Positions 23,966 to 37,139 of a stretch of 64,000 nt of DNA are shown one piece after another. Origin of the DNA: Felis catus (taxonomy: Eukaryota); contig NC_058368.1 of the NCBI RefSeq assembly GCF_018350175.1, forward strand, positions 193,442,001-193,506,000, given 5' to 3'. How positions within the stretch are numbered: the stretch's first letter is position 1; every line of letters begins with the position of its first letter. The notes beneath the pieces are model-generated. The model worked only from the letters and a program-made list of their open reading frames with translations. It did no database searches and was not told the DNA's origin. The position numbers were made by a program, and so were the translations under genes.

Positions 23966-25289
23966 ATTTAAAACTCAGAGCAAGATGCTGACCATAGAGA
24001 AGGTTTAGAGAGAAAGTTGCTATCATGACCCCCAACTAAAAAGGCTGGTTGGGGGCCAGGATCTGATGTCTTAGTGGACTCCTTATCCTCTCCCCACATG
24101 TTTAATAAATGCCAGCTGAATATATCAAGGCTATTTGAAAAACTTTTGACTATTCTAAGCCTGTCCTGAAGACATGTATCGTGGAGAAACATGCATAACT
24201 GAGGGGAAAGAAGTTACATAAATACAGGAGCCAACCAAAAATCCCTGTTCCTTGGTCTTAAATCCACCCTTCTTGTTTTGCTAAGGAATGCGCTGCCTCA
24301 AACTTGTCCTGGTTACTATCCTCCCCATACATGCAGGCCTTTGTTATTCTGCTGCTTTGGCTTAATTACTTTCATGGAAGCTTCTTCAGAACTCCACTTA
24401 GTAGTACATAATTTTGCCCAGCTAAGTGTTGGGGAGCTTCAAAACGAAAGGCCCACAGCTTATGTCCAAAGCCTTCATGGCACTTTCCAAATAGCTGGTT
24501 TAGGGGAGAGTCAGTGGAGGTCACTACAGGGGAGGCAATGAGGGAGTGGGGACTGAGGACGCAGGTAAAGGCCAGGCTATTTAAGGTCTTACAAGTCTTG
24601 TTAAGGCTTTGGGGCTTTATTCAAGGACTTTGGAAAGCTACTCAAGATTTTAAGTAAGAGAGGTTGAAGTAATTTACCCACATCCAATGAGGTTCTGGTA
24701 GCAAAACCAGGATTGAAAATCTGGTCTCCCATTTTAATCTGCCATGTCTTGATAAACATCTTTCTTGGCATCCCTACTCCCAGGTATAGACATTAATGAA
24801 CAAAAATGAGAGCACCTGGATAGAACGCTTTGTGTACTGTATTTGTGCCTCTGCAGGAATCAGGGCAAGACTGAATGATAAGTCCTTAGCGGGACTGAGG
24901 TTAGTGTCTAAGCCAGTGCTCCAAAGGAGTGGGGAGAAAGCTTGCATTATACTGATTGGGAAATGCAGGATGAAGAAGCAAAGCTTAGCCAACAAACCCA
25001 TTGTCAATGGACAGGTTGCCGAAGTCCTGGAAAATGAAAGAAAATTAGTAATGTCACATAGTGAAAGACTAGGCTATGGTGGAGACAGCCTCTCAACCCT
25101 TATCCAATGCCTATTTTACTAAACTAGATAATAGTCTATTTGAGAAGTCAGCCCACTAGCTTAAGGAGACTGACACATATAAAAGAAAGCAGCAACAAGA
25201 TCAGTGGCTTTAAACCATTTTGGGAAGCTCACAATAGCTATGAACCACCTCACCGGCAAAGAAGAAAAAGGTACCTATATTATTTACCC

Positions 25290-25708
25290 AAGATGAATTA
25301 AGAAATATATGTGAAAAACCTATACATGAATATTCATAATAGCTTCATTCATAAATGCTTCAAGTTGTATACAACCTAAATGTCCATCAGCTGAAATGGA
25401 TAAACAAATTGTGATACATCCATACAACAGAATATTTGCTTAGCTATAAAAAGGAACAAACTAGTAACACATCCAACACATGAATGAATCTCAGAAGCAT
25501 TGTGCTAAGTGAAAGAAGTCAGATTGAAAAGGTTATGTCCTGTCTGACTCCATTTATATGTCATTCTGGAAAAGGCAAAATTACAGGAAGTGAAGAAAGA
25601 TCAGTGGTTGTCAGGGATGAGGTTGGTGAAGGAACACAAAGGTGCTTAAGGGAACTTTTTGGAGTAATTAAAATATTTTTTATCTTGATTATAGTGGTGG
25701 TTATATGA

Positions 25709-25744
<36 letters not shown>

Positions 25745-25763
25745 ATGTATATGTATATATATA

Positions 25764-25826
<63 letters not shown>

Positions 25827-25900
25827 CAAAATCCATAGAACTGTAACCCCTGATAGAGATGACTTTTACTCATGTAAACTATATTGAAATAAATCTAATT
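25290..25900 (+). mobile_element. Old L1 (L1MB/L1MC/L1ME-like) 3' end
   Basis: AACCTAAATGTCCATCA...ATGGATAAACAAATTGTG; ATGAATCTCAGAAGCATTGTGCTAAGTGAAAGAAG; TTTGTCAAAATCCATAGAACTGTA. Confidence 0.85.
25709..25822. repeat. (TA)n(TG)n...(TG)n(TA)n compound microsatellite inside L1
   Basis: Read directly. Confidence 0.97.
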
Positions 25901-26589
25901 TTAGAGATATTATCCATAGGGTTATGGAGAGTACACTGACCCATATTCAGACCTCAGGAAAATAACCCCTGCTCTAGGGTCAAACCAACTTTGAAGTAGA
26001 AAGGCCTCCCAAAACATGTAGACCACACCTACTTATTTCAAAGTTAGGAAAAGTGCAAAGCAAGAAAGTAACAATGCTGTCTCCAGGATTACGTCTCTTA
26101 CCAGCGATGTTCATTCTTGCAACCTATATTAGTGGCACCCTTACTGAATTCTAAACACTATGCTAGATTCAAGACCTAGCTGGGTAGCCCAGATGATAAG
26201 AAAAATGAGGTTTACTGTCTGGAAGATCAGGGACTGTAGCTCAGTTTTTTGACTCTAGTATATCCCCAGTAGACTACAAAGGCTCCAGGGAATATTTAGT
26301 TCCCAGATCTTGCTAGAGCACTAGACTGGGAGCCAGGAGACTTATATATGGATTAATTGAGCTGTAGGGAAGAATGAACTTTTGAGACATCAACTGATTT
26401 CTGAGTCTCTCCTCTGTTGGCCACAAGTAGAAGGGGAAATATGTGAACTCCTCAAAGAACCAACTTTGACTCCCGCACTGTGCTAAGATCAAGAATTTCC
26501 CCAGAATCATGGACGAGTACAATGATGAAAGGCCCTCCAAAATGGTAGCTATAACAAGGAGTTGCATAATAATAGTGCAGTGAAGGAGA

Positions 26590-26800
26590 GCAGAATGGGC
26601 TTGAGGGCCAGACGGACCTGGGTTTAAACCCTGGCCCTGTACTGCCTGTGTCACTATGGACAAGCCACTCAATAGGTTTAAGCCTCAGGTTCTTTATGTA
26701 AAATGAGAAAAACAATGATCCCTATGCCTCCCAGGATTTGTATGAGGGTTGACAGGATAAGGCATATGTTGACATACTATCATTTCTTAATGAATGGGAA
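26590..26800 (+). mobile_element. MIR SINE
   Basis: CAGACGGACCTGGGTTTAAACCCTGGC...AGCCTCAGGTTCTTTATGTAAAATGAG. Confidence 0.75.
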
Positions 26801-28593
26801 TGGTTGCTACTCTAAATGCCATCATCATCAATATCATCATTACAGTGTCTACATTTACTTTCTGTATCACTTGAAAGATTCCTCCTCATCAAAAAAGTCA
26901 GGTTGTTACTTAGTCACCAGACAGGGCAATTTCAACCTCTTTCCCTTTGGATCAAATCATTTGACATGCAGCAGGGGAAGGGTTATTGAATTGTTGACAT
27001 ATACACCTGAGTCCCTTTCAGCAGACTGTCAGACTGGCCGAAACTCCAGCCTGGACAGGCCAATTCACATGCACAGAAGTCTCCAGATAGGGCTCTGTAC
27101 CCACAAACCAATGAATCACTTCCTGCCCTGGGCTCCCTGTGGTACCAGGCTTGCACCCAGCTGCCTTTCTGGTCCTCCCTGGCCCTTGCATTGTAACAGT
27201 GAGTCTCCAGTGAAGAAGCACAAGGAAGCAGGGATGTGCCTGCTGGAGGAAGGGGTTATACAACAGTACGTCACAATTCCTTCAGGGCAGCAGTAGTGGT
27301 GAAAGCACATTCAATATGAAACATCATAAATTATTAACCATTTATGTATACCTATTGTTTTTATGGTACAGATTTCCAAAAATAATGTGCCTCAAATTTT
27401 TCTGCATTAGTAGGGATGCAGAGAATTGGAATTTGCTCTCTGGATTTAGTGATACTCAGTGAGGGGCTCCTCTAAATGTATATCCAAATCTAGTGGGGAG
27501 CAGCAGGGTGTGAGGCTTTTCTGATAATACAAAGGAGTTATTAATTCTTCTCTAAAAAGTGGCAAATTTGGCTATAGTGAGACGTCAAAATCTACAAACT
27601 GAGAGAAGTTTATCCCATTTCACACTCTCCTGTAATAAGCACCGCTCTCTGCTAAGAAAATGGCTACATCACTGAAAACCAGGGATTCCATGCTGCATAT
27701 CCTGGCAGCACAGGGATCATGCATGATCTCTGTCATGATTTAACAAATGGAGAGGCTCCTTCCAAACTCAGTGGAAGCCTGGCACAGTCTTGGTTTCAAC
27801 TGGTTCCTAGGCTGCAGCATTTGGTTCAAAAGAAAATAGCCATTATACTAGCACATGGGGAAGGAAGGACATTTACCTACGTACCGTATTTCTCTACATC
27901 TGGCCCTTCACCTACATCAAAATCACTTTGATGAGTTTTCTTAAAAACGTCAATTCCTGGCTCCCACCGTAGACCTACCCACTTAGGATCTCTGGGAGTG
28001 GGGCCTAGAAAAATAGAGGGTCAAAGGATTCTGACACACATCATGTTTTGACAAGACTTCGAGATGCACTGATCTAGAAGAATGAATCCATCATGGTGGC
28101 ATTTTCAGCTCAGAGAAATGGCCAGCCTTAAAGAAATCTTTTGGCCCCAGGAAACATCCCAGCTTTAACCTTCTAATTTTCAACTTCAAATTAAACTGTT
28201 GAGAGAATTACCTCTTTGGCTTAATCATATAACCAGGCAGTTAGACCTGGCTGACTGCTTCATTCTCACCTGAAAGAAAGGCTGCCACAAAACTTAAAAC
28301 TCAAAGAACCTCTCAGAGTTTTAGACCACATACAAAGGCAGATGGAACTCTCTTTCTCTCAAGGTATTGGCTCTTTTATTTCATAGTTACGTCATCTTGA
28401 TCAATAACCCAAAGGGACAGTTAGGAATCTGCTTCTTAATCTCCACCCCACCTACCGCAACAAAAGATAGGAATCACTGGGGTGGAATAATGTCCTGTTG
28501 GCTCTTTTTTAGTCAGAAAGGCATAAGAGAATGCAAGTATATGAGGATTTTGTTATAGAAATATCCTCAACACTACTATCATTTTGGTTTTTA

Positions 28594-28809
28594 TTTTAAT
28601 TTTTTGTTAATGTTTATTTTTGAGAGAGAGAGAGACAGAGTACGAGAGGGCAAGGGGCAGAGAGAGAGAGGGAGACACAGAATCTGAAGCAGGCTCCAGG
28701 CTCTGAGCTGTCAGCACAGAGCCCAACGCGGGGCTCGAACTCATGAACTGCGAGATCATGACCTGAGCCGAAGTCGGACACTTAACTGACTGAGCCACCC
28801 AGGTGCCCC
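28594..28809 (-). mobile_element. CAN-SINE (SINEC_Fc-like, young)
   Basis: Complete element; perfect 15-bp TSD TCATTTTGGTTTTTA at 28579 and 28810. Confidence 0.97.
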
Positions 28810-28944
28810 TCATTTTGGTTTTTAAAAGTAAATTCTTAAAAAACAGGAAATTCTTCCTAAGCTTAGATACTTAACTATTACAAGTAAAGCATTATTTTGG
28901 CATCTTTTAAACCTATGGGCAAGAACAGATTAGAGCATTTATAT

Positions 28945-29280
28945 AGTTTTGCTATGGAAAATGTGGTCCCAGGACCAGCAGCCTTGGTTTGTAAGAAATG
29001 CCAGATATCAGGCTCTATTCACACCTACTGAACTAGAAACTGCATTTTTAACATGATCGTCCGATGATTCATAGGCACAATAACATTTAAGAAAGACTCC
29101 CCTGTGGTACAGGTTCTCAAATGTGTCCACATACTGGAATCATCCAGGGAATTAAAAAATACAGATGGCTGGGCCCTCCCTCAGAGATCCTTTCTTAAGT
29201 GGGATTGCGTACAGCCTGGGTTTAGGGATTTGTAGAAGCTACAAGGTGATTCTGATGTGTGGCAGTGTTTAGAAACCCCT
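28945..29280. mobile_element. Two adjacent MER5-family elements
   Basis: TGTGGTCCCAGGACCAGCAG...ACCTACTGAA...CTGCATTTTTAACA; GGTTCTCAAA...GGTGATTCTGATGTG...TTTAGAAACCCCT. Confidence 0.7.
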
Positions 29281-29349
29281 ACTCTAAGGAACCTCTGCAG
29301 CTCCCAAACTCTATGGGTCTGTAAACCTGTCTAGAAGAGTAAAATTAAG

Positions 29350-29660
29350 CCACTAATTCACAACCTTCAGGAACCAGGCAAACCATGTAACTGAGTGACA
29401 CAAGCCAATGTGGACAGTGGCAAACTGGAGAGCACGGACCCTGTGCAAAGCAGGTGGCCAGCACTCGGTCCTTCAATGTTGCCTTGAACAATGGGAGTCC
29501 ACTGCTACCCAATCCTCTGATATTTTTGTTTTAAGAACCCAGAAATCCAAATTTTTAGGTAAACTCATTTTTAGTGGGAAATCCAGTTCACAAACTCACT
29601 TTTCTTTTTGAAAAATATTCTATTTCACCCCATCCACAGGGTGAATATGATCCATGGAAC
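29350..29660 (+). mobile_element. MER102-like hAT-Charlie element
   Basis: GTGGCAAACTGGAGAGCAC and CCAGAAATCCAAATTTTTAGGT diagnostic blocks. Confidence 0.6.
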
Positions 29661-30714
29661 CAGTTTAAGATCTTTGACTGAGAAAAAACATCACACCACA
29701 AAACACAAGCAGACAATTCCAAAGAATGGTTTATCCTGAAAAGAGCACAAGACCGCTTCAGTGAGGATGAGGTGGGCTCTCTTTACCCTGTTGTCTGAAG
29801 GAATTAGGATGGTTGCTGTTCTTTCTCCTTCAAAGAGAAAACGTACTCTTCAAAATATATCGGGATCATGGAAAGGCAATCGTCTTAGCATGACTGGAAC
29901 CAGGTCCCAGAAGTTGCTGCTCCCCAAAGAAGTGCAAAGAACAGAGTGTGCAAAGGATACCGTGAAGCATAAAAGCGAAGAGGCCAAGAAGGGGGGTGGG
30001 GTGCAGGAAGGGGATGGGCTAGGAAAGCAGGGTGGTTGCTGTAGTCTTCATGAGACAAGAGTGTACTGTACACACGGGGATATGAATAACGTAAAAAGAC
30101 TCCACTTCTGGGAGAAGGAGGCTTATAAAGGTGATTTACAGTCCTGATGGCTGAGACCGTCCATTTCAGATGCTGGAGTGAACATCTGGCTCTCTTTACA
30201 TAGGTATCCATTCTCTTACACCAACTGAAATCCCATCCAACCTAGCTAGGGGCTCTAAAGGCTACGGGGATATATGGTCATAGAGGCAGAAGTAGGGAGG
30301 GGAGCTACATTAAGGATGCAGTTTGTAGCAAAGTTTAAGAGACAAGAAAGGGAAAAGAAAAAGTCCTTTAGGGATCATAGGCTGGATTACGAAGGAAAAA
30401 AAAATGGAAAAAGACTTGATCTTATTCCAGTGAGTCATATCATTCTAACTCATTCTAATAAATTTCTTATGTCTCTCTGGTGAGACTAGAAGCTATATGA
30501 GGACAAATCAAATCAACACATTCATTAACTACATATGACTGAGCAAGGCTAATAGAGTGTAGGGACAGCTAAAGAAAATATTATGTCTTTTGCTTGTGCA
30601 TATCCCCTGTAAAGTCTATTAAGGGGCTAGAAACAGCATAAAATGTAATAAACACTTACATTACTCTTGTGCCAATTGTGAATACAAGCTCAGAAAACCA
30701 CAGTGCCCTAAAGA

Positions 30715-30880
30715 CACGGTTTTCAAAGCGCAGTCCTCAGACTGACCACATTAATATCACTTGGAAGCTTGTTAGGGATATAAATTCTTGGGTCGTCCCA
30801 AGACCTACTGATTCAGAACCTATGAAGGCGGGGTCTAGAAATCTGCTTTCACAAGCGTTTCCAGATGATTCTACAGCAGA
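30715..30880 (+). mobile_element. MER5A
   Basis: ATCACTTGGAAGCTTGTTAG...AGACCTACTGATTCAGAA...AATCTGCTTTCACAAG...CCAGATGATTCT. Confidence 0.75.
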
Positions 30881-31983
30881 CCCTGTATTATCTTAGTTAA
30901 TTTTCATAACAACTTATGGAGGTGGACAAGTAGGATTTACAATCCTCATCTTAGACTGAGAAACAGTCGATCTCATCCATTCAAGATCAGACTGTTAGTA
31001 GGAAAATAAAGACACCAGGCTTTTATTACTTTGATCTGGAGAACAGAAATTTAAAATTTGTAGCTGTAATTGATTTGGGTTCAGTCATAAATATATATGC
31101 TTATTTTTTTCCACCTTAACAGCTGTATCAACCTGTTAGAAGGAGTTCAAAACCCATGATAACGATTCATCCATCCAGCTGTGCCCTTTATTTTATTTTT
31201 TTATCTGAGTGGTTCTAATATTACCCTCCCTTAACACATTATTTTTCATGTTTTAAAGCTCACTCCCACGACTGCTTCCACTGTGAAGCCTCCTTCCACT
31301 CACCCCTGGCGAGGAGGCAGTGTTCTGTTTCAGTTACACAACTCACTCCTCAGTCTTTCAGTCCAGCTGTGTTCCCGTGTCTACTCCCCACAGCTCACTG
31401 TTAACCCTTTGGGGGCAATGAACACCTCTTAGCATCTCTACTTGCCCCTAACACCTGTCATAGAGGAACCCTTTGGAGCTGGAAAGGAACAAAGAAGAAA
31501 CAGATGCCAACTCCTGTCATTATGGAGGATCAACTGTATCAGGGGTCTTAGGCTAAGCTTTCTATATACCTCATTTTGTTTTAATACTCGGCACAGTCTT
31601 GTAAGCTACATATTTTATTTTTAATTTTAAAGACTAGAGAATTGGGGCTTCAAAGAGGCTGAAGAAATGATCCAACTTCAAACAGCGAGTAAGTGGTAGA
31701 GCTGAAATTCTTGACAAGTATATTATGATGCCTGTCTCCCTAGTTAATGGCTAGAAAATCAAAGCCTCGGCAGAGAACAGAATTCTCTTAGTCGCACAGA
31801 GAGGGACTGAAGCCAGGTCTAACATGTAGACCTCAGTTTGCTTTACCACCACCCTGGTTTCCTTCCCTTGAGCGTCATAGCAGGGGAGGGAAAACATATT
31901 TTTGGAATTTCTCGATCACTTGGAGAGTCACTGTAATCCTACAAATGAATGGTCTGGCAAATTTATTTTCTGGCAAATTTTTG

Positions 31984-32232
31984 TTTGTTTTTTTTAATTT
32001 CTTTTAATGTTTATTCATTTTTGAGAGAGAGAGAGAAGAGAGACAGAGAGACAGAGAGAGACAGAGAGTGAGGAGGGGAGGGCAGAGAGAGAGGGAGGCA
32101 CAGAACCTGAAGCAGGCTCCAGGCTCTGCACTGTCAGCACAGAGCCTGATGCAGGGCTTGAACTCACAGACCGCGAGATCATGACCTGAGCCAAAGTCGG
32201 ATGCTTAGACAACTGAGCCACCCAGGCGCCCC
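31984..32232 (-). mobile_element. CAN-SINE (SINEC_Fc-like, young)
   Basis: Complete element; perfect 17-bp TSD TTTCTGGCAAATTTTTG at 31967 and 32233. Confidence 0.97.
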
Positions 32233-33059
32233 TTTCTGGCAAATTTTTGGTGAGAAACCAGGTGCATTTTCTTTTCCAAAGATACCAGAGTCCATCATTT
32301 GGCTGGTTTAGCTCACTTTTTGGGTTGCTCTCAATTCTTTTGAACCCTTCCCTTCTGACCTCACACCTCCAACAAACTATCTCCACCTTGCTCTGCCTCA
32401 AGTCTATGGGACTTTTCGTCCCATGGCTGCAATCTGATTCTGATACTATTTCTCGGAAGGTATTAGATTTTTCACAGTTTAAACTGATGGCTTTTTCTTT
32501 CTATTTCCTGGTGAAAATTCAGTCGCACCTGCTAACCTCTGTTCTGGGAGGTGGTGCAGAAATCTCAAGGACGCACAGGTAATAATGCCCCAGTATTGTG
32601 TAGAGCTCAATTTCAACCTGAAAATAAACTTAGTGAGTCTGATCCCTCATATATCATGTCTGGCATTGAACAGTGATGGGAGCAGCAAATGTGGATGGGC
32701 ACTAATTTAGTTATCCAACCAGGCTGAGAGAAGAGAACTTATTTTCTGGCCCACTGAATGCTAACTCAGGGTTCTTCAGAGCGGTTTATGACCTAAATAT
32801 CCCACTTTTGAGCTTTGGTAAGTTGTAGGCTGTTTATTCAAGAATGTTGCTTTTAAAATACACAGATGTTTTAAATATCTAACAATAAGTTTCTGTTGAA
32901 CACATTATGCTATATTACATCAAGAAGTTCTATGCAGTCATTTAAGTGTGAGTGTAGATATCTACTTATTGAAGTGAAAGAAGCTAGTATGATAGTCAGT
33001 GAATATTGAAGAAGGAAAAACTTTACATACTCCAAGGATGTCAGTCTTACAAAGTAAAA

Positions 33060-33245
33060 ATTAAAAACAAAACTCAACATGCAGATAGTAAATCTAAAAG
33101 GATATATACCAACGTATTGACAGGGGTCAACGTATTGACAGATAACCTTGTGTAACGATAGGTGCTTTGATTTCTCCCTCCCTCTTTTCTTATCTGTTTT
33201 TTTATAGTTTCCCACAATAAACATGTCACTTGTGTAATTTGAAAG
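33060..33245 (+). mobile_element. Very old L1 (L1ME-like) 3' UTR fragment
   Basis: AAGGATATATACCAA...TTGACAG; T-rich tract; ACAATAAACATGTCACTTGTGTAAT. Confidence 0.5.
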
Positions 33246-33714
33246 AATACTATGTTTAATCACAATTATCTCCAACCAACAATCAGCCTAGCCATCAGTC
33301 CTGAAGTTAGAGTATTGTATAAAAAGTTGCCTGGTGGAGAGATTCCTGTGTCTAGAGAAAACTAACGTATAGTCCCAAGTTTGCCCCTAACTGCTGTTGT
33401 ACGTTTAAACACTGAGACCCTTCGTGTCTGGTCTCAGTTTACTTCTAAGTAAAATGGTGATAATGGCATTCACCCCATAGCTACTGTGAAGATTAGATTA
33501 TGGGTTCCATTTCAGGACTGTGTTTTGGAATAAAAAAAAGACTTAAAAAATTCTGGATTCCACCTCAGGCCATCCCAGCACATTCAGGGCTTGCAAGAAA
33601 GTGCTGAGCTAATTCTTATGGACCGATTGTCATGGTGTCTCTCGTTCCTGAACACACGGGCTTATGTGATGTGACATAGAATGAACTTTGTTAATTGAAA
33701 ATCATTGCACTCCT

Positions 33715-33898
33715 GGGCACCTGGCTGGCTCAGTCTGTTAAGCGTCCATCTCTTGATTTCAGCTCAGGTCCTACATAGTCTCACAGTTCATGAGTTCAAG
33801 CCTGGCTTTGGGCTCTATGCTGACTGTAGAACCTGCTTGGGATTCTCTCTCCCTCTCTCTCTGCCCCTTCCTGGCTTGTGCTCGCTTTCCCTCTCTCA

Positions 33899-33930
<32 letters not shown>

Positions 33931-33945
33931 ACAAACAAATAAATA
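33715..33945 (+). mobile_element. CAN-SINE with (GATA)n microsatellite in its tail
   Basis: GGGCACCTGGCTGGCTCAG head; decayed TSD GAAAATCATTGCACTCCT / GAAAATCCTTGTACTCTT. Confidence 0.93.
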
Positions 33946-34098
33946 GAAAATCCTTGTACTCTTAGCTTGGGGGAAGAATGAATACATCTGCCACAGACTG
34001 GGGGTCCCGCCAAGGTTATAACCAGGCCCAAAGTGCTCAAGGAAGAGTAAGAATTCATGCAAGTAATGTATATTATGTTTTAATGAAAAGTTAAGGGG

Positions 34099-34236
34099 AG
34101 AGGAGCCTGGATGGCTCAGTTGGTTAAGCGTCTGACTCTTGATTTCAGCTCGGGTCTTGACCTCAGGGTTGTGAGCTCGGCCCCATTGTTGGGCTCTGAG
34201 CTAGGCACGAAGCCTACTTAAAAACAAAAACAAAAA
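34099..34236 (+). mobile_element. Short CAN-SINE lacking the CT tract
   Basis: GCCTGGATGGCTCAGTTGGTTAAG...GAAGCCTACTTAAAAA; flanks AAAAGTTAAG / AAATGTTAAG. Confidence 0.88.
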
Positions 34237-35699
34237 ATGTTAAGTGTTATTTGTTTACCAGAGAATAATGTCACAGTAAACTGAGACACAGGGCATGTCA
34301 AAAACCCCAGTTTATATTTTATTTTTTTATTTTTTTTCCAAGTTTATATTCTAAAAGGGCTGTAGTGATAACTGCCCCTGACCTTCACCCAACATAGCCA
34401 TCCTCTCTATACCTTACCCCTGGCCACCTCTGCTTCGGTATCTCTGGGGTCCAGGGGCTCAGTACTTCCCCTTTCAGCTCATTCACTCTTCGGATAACAT
34501 GTCTTCTGCTATTACCCCCGATTCTTCCACAGGTCTGAACTCTGCCATGTGGAGCCACATAAAAGTCCCACCAGCTTTTCTGTCAATGGCTTTAAACTGT
34601 CTTCTAAGTAATCCGCCATTAGTAATGTATCACCATTTATAAATTAGAGCGTATTTTTAGCTTATCCTTCTCTGATTTTCTTTCCAATCTACATCCATAA
34701 ATGGGAGAGAAAAGAGTTGAGCTACAACTTCCAGAGAGGATAAGTAGTTGTGTCTGTCATGAGAGCTGGGAGGGATGAAAAGTTGTAGATTACTGTAGCT
34801 ACACGGCATTTTATTTGCTCAGAGTCAGCTAGCTTTCCTCATCACTATCTAATATTCATTAAGTGCCCGCTGTGCCTGGGGTATTGGATGATGTGGTTAA
34901 AAGAGAGAGAGGTATGAGGCCCAATCATGAAATCATGGAGAGTTGGGTTAGATGGTCATGAGGGTTTTTATATTAAAAAGAAATAATTTCAAGAGTGTTC
35001 ATGTGTTGATTCATTCATTGATTCAAATATTTATCAGACAGAACAAAATGCCAACATGGTGAATGGAAGAGACAAGTATATTATCTTCATGGAAATTACA
35101 TTCTGGTCTCTGTTTACAAATTTTGATGATTTAGTCCCCTGCCCTTCAACCAGAATAAGAGTTTGGTTTAGAGGATCCTCATAGGTTACTGGTCCAAGCA
35201 TTGACTCATCGCTTCAACACACCCACTAACGAGGGAATGTCACAGCTCTGAACTAGGCAAATGAGGTAATCAGGAGTGTCTGTTGTGGGGTCAGACCTGA
35301 GCTCAGGGCCGGGCTCTGGCACGTAGGAACCGTGTTTCCTTGGATCAGTTACCAAGGCTCGCTCTAAATCTCTTCATCTTTGCACTACTTTCCCTCCCTG
35401 CTTCCCAAGGCTCTGGTGAAGATTCAGTGAGGTCATACGCATGGAGCACCCATCACGGTATCTCACTGAGTAGCTGCTGCTATGTTACTATTGCATTATC
35501 ATAAGCAGAAATTAGCAACATAAATAAGTATTATTGAATTCCTCCATATAGGGGAAACTTATGAGAAATCTTTACATCATCTGATAAGCAAGTGAACAAA
35601 ACCCCTTCTAAAATACTTGATAAAGGACCCAAAACATAATCTCTGTTACAAGTAGCCACACTAGAGTCCCTGTGACTTCCACCCAGTTGTCTTTCTCTC

Positions 35700-35790
35700 T
35701 CTCTTCCCTGGTGTTCCCTTAGTGATCTCTCCTCTGGACATGAGTTTATTTCTTCAATTCCTCCTCATCAGAGGAAGTCAAAACCTGCCT
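35700..35790 (-). mobile_element. Possible CR1/L3 ORF2 C-terminal fragment
   Basis: Minus translation EEELKK*THVQRR.TK resembles CR1 KKDIEKLERVQRRATK. Confidence 0.4.
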
Positions 35791-36002
35791 CCACTTTGGC
35801 ATACTTCTACCATCACGTGTCAATCAGATAAGCAACTCATATTCTACAAATTCGTCCTCACACACCAATGACCAGGTTAAATACCTGAGATTTTTTGCAT
35901 GTTGAAATGCATTTCCAGTGACACGCGTCTCAGTAAGTAATCCCATTCTTTGGAACACCTATTGGAAAAGGGGCTTTTCCACCTTCATTGTCTTCCCAAT
36001 AG

Positions 36003-36061
36003 GAAGGGGTTATTCATAAAATTGGATAGATTTCAGGATAATCATGAGAACACATTTACTG
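36003..36061 (+). other. Candidate 59-nt exon (unverified)
   Basis: CTTTTCCACCTTCATTGTCTTCCCAATAG|G...ACTG|GTAAGT. Confidence 0.2.
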
Positions 36062-36089
36062 GTAAGTGGGGCCATCATGTATTTCAACA

Positions 36090-36299
36090 GCAGCCAGCAG
36101 ACAAAGGTGTGTGGGCCAAATCTGGTGGCCTGCTTTTATAAATAAACTTTTATTTGAATATAGCTATACCCATTCATTTATATATTGCCTTTTCCTCTCC
36201 AACAGCAGAAGTGAGTAGTTGGCAACAGGGATTGGATGGTCCACAAAGCCAAAAATATTTACTATTTAGCCTTTTACATAAGAAGTTTGCTGACCTCTG
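36090..36299 (+). mobile_element. MER58A
   Basis: GGGCCAAATCTGG...ATAAATAAACTTTTATT...CCACAAAGCCAAAAATATTTACTAT...AAGTTTGCTGACCTCTG. Confidence 0.85.
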
Positions 36300-37139
36300 C
36301 CTACCAAGCTTAGCATGTAGTTAGCACCTATGTCACTACAGTGGTGAATTAACCCAGGGCCTGAACAACAAGGATGAGCCTGACATTCTCTCTCTGGCAT
36401 CCTCTGCAAATTTCCCTGGGCCGATCCTAAAATGGATAGATGGCTATGGTTTATAGCAGAATACAACTACTCCTGTATCCCAGACTGCCACACCGTCATA
36501 AAGTCACTCAATCTTCACCCCAATCCTGAAAAACACCCAGTCTATAATTTGTCTTATTTAACAACCACCATCCTGCATTACACACACATCCCTCAACCAC
36601 GTTGAACCTTCCCTTTTATTTTCTCTGCAACATCTGGTGTAACCCAGTTATACTGAACTATCATAGCTATCATCCTTCCTTAATTTTGCAAGCTTTCAAC
36701 TTCTTTCAATGTGTCTGAGGATTCCTGGATCTTTGATCCATTTCTCAGATGAATGCCCTTCTGTAGGGCCTCTGTCATGAATCTGTATCTTTTCCTGTTT
36801 CCATCATGGTGTGTGGCAATGGAGGAGGGATGGATTCAGTGTCTCCTGAGAGCTCGGGACACCCTCTGTAAACATGAGAGAACCAAAGATTTGGGGCTGA
36901 GAGCTCACATTATAGATCATTATGAAAGAGGAAGCTAAAGGTTAGAAACAGGCTTCTGCAGTCACAGACCCATTTCCTAGACAACTTGAACTTCAGCCTC
37001 AGGCCCCAGCCTGGAGCTCTATTCCACACACTATCCCATTACATTTTGGATTGTAAGGATCAGTCACATTTTTTCAGTAATTTCATTTTCTCTGGCTTTC
37101 TTCTAATACTGGCCACACTGCCACCAATATACTTCCCAG

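Noticed and set aside
26703..27296. Longest ORF (197 aa)
   Set aside because: Starts inside a MIR, runs through a (CAT)n patch, has no recognisable domain and no convincing splice context; compatible with chance.
28607..28813. Recurrent 'WVAQSVK...SLEPASDSVSPSLS' peptides
   Set aside because: Translations of CAN-SINE consensus sequence, not a gene family.
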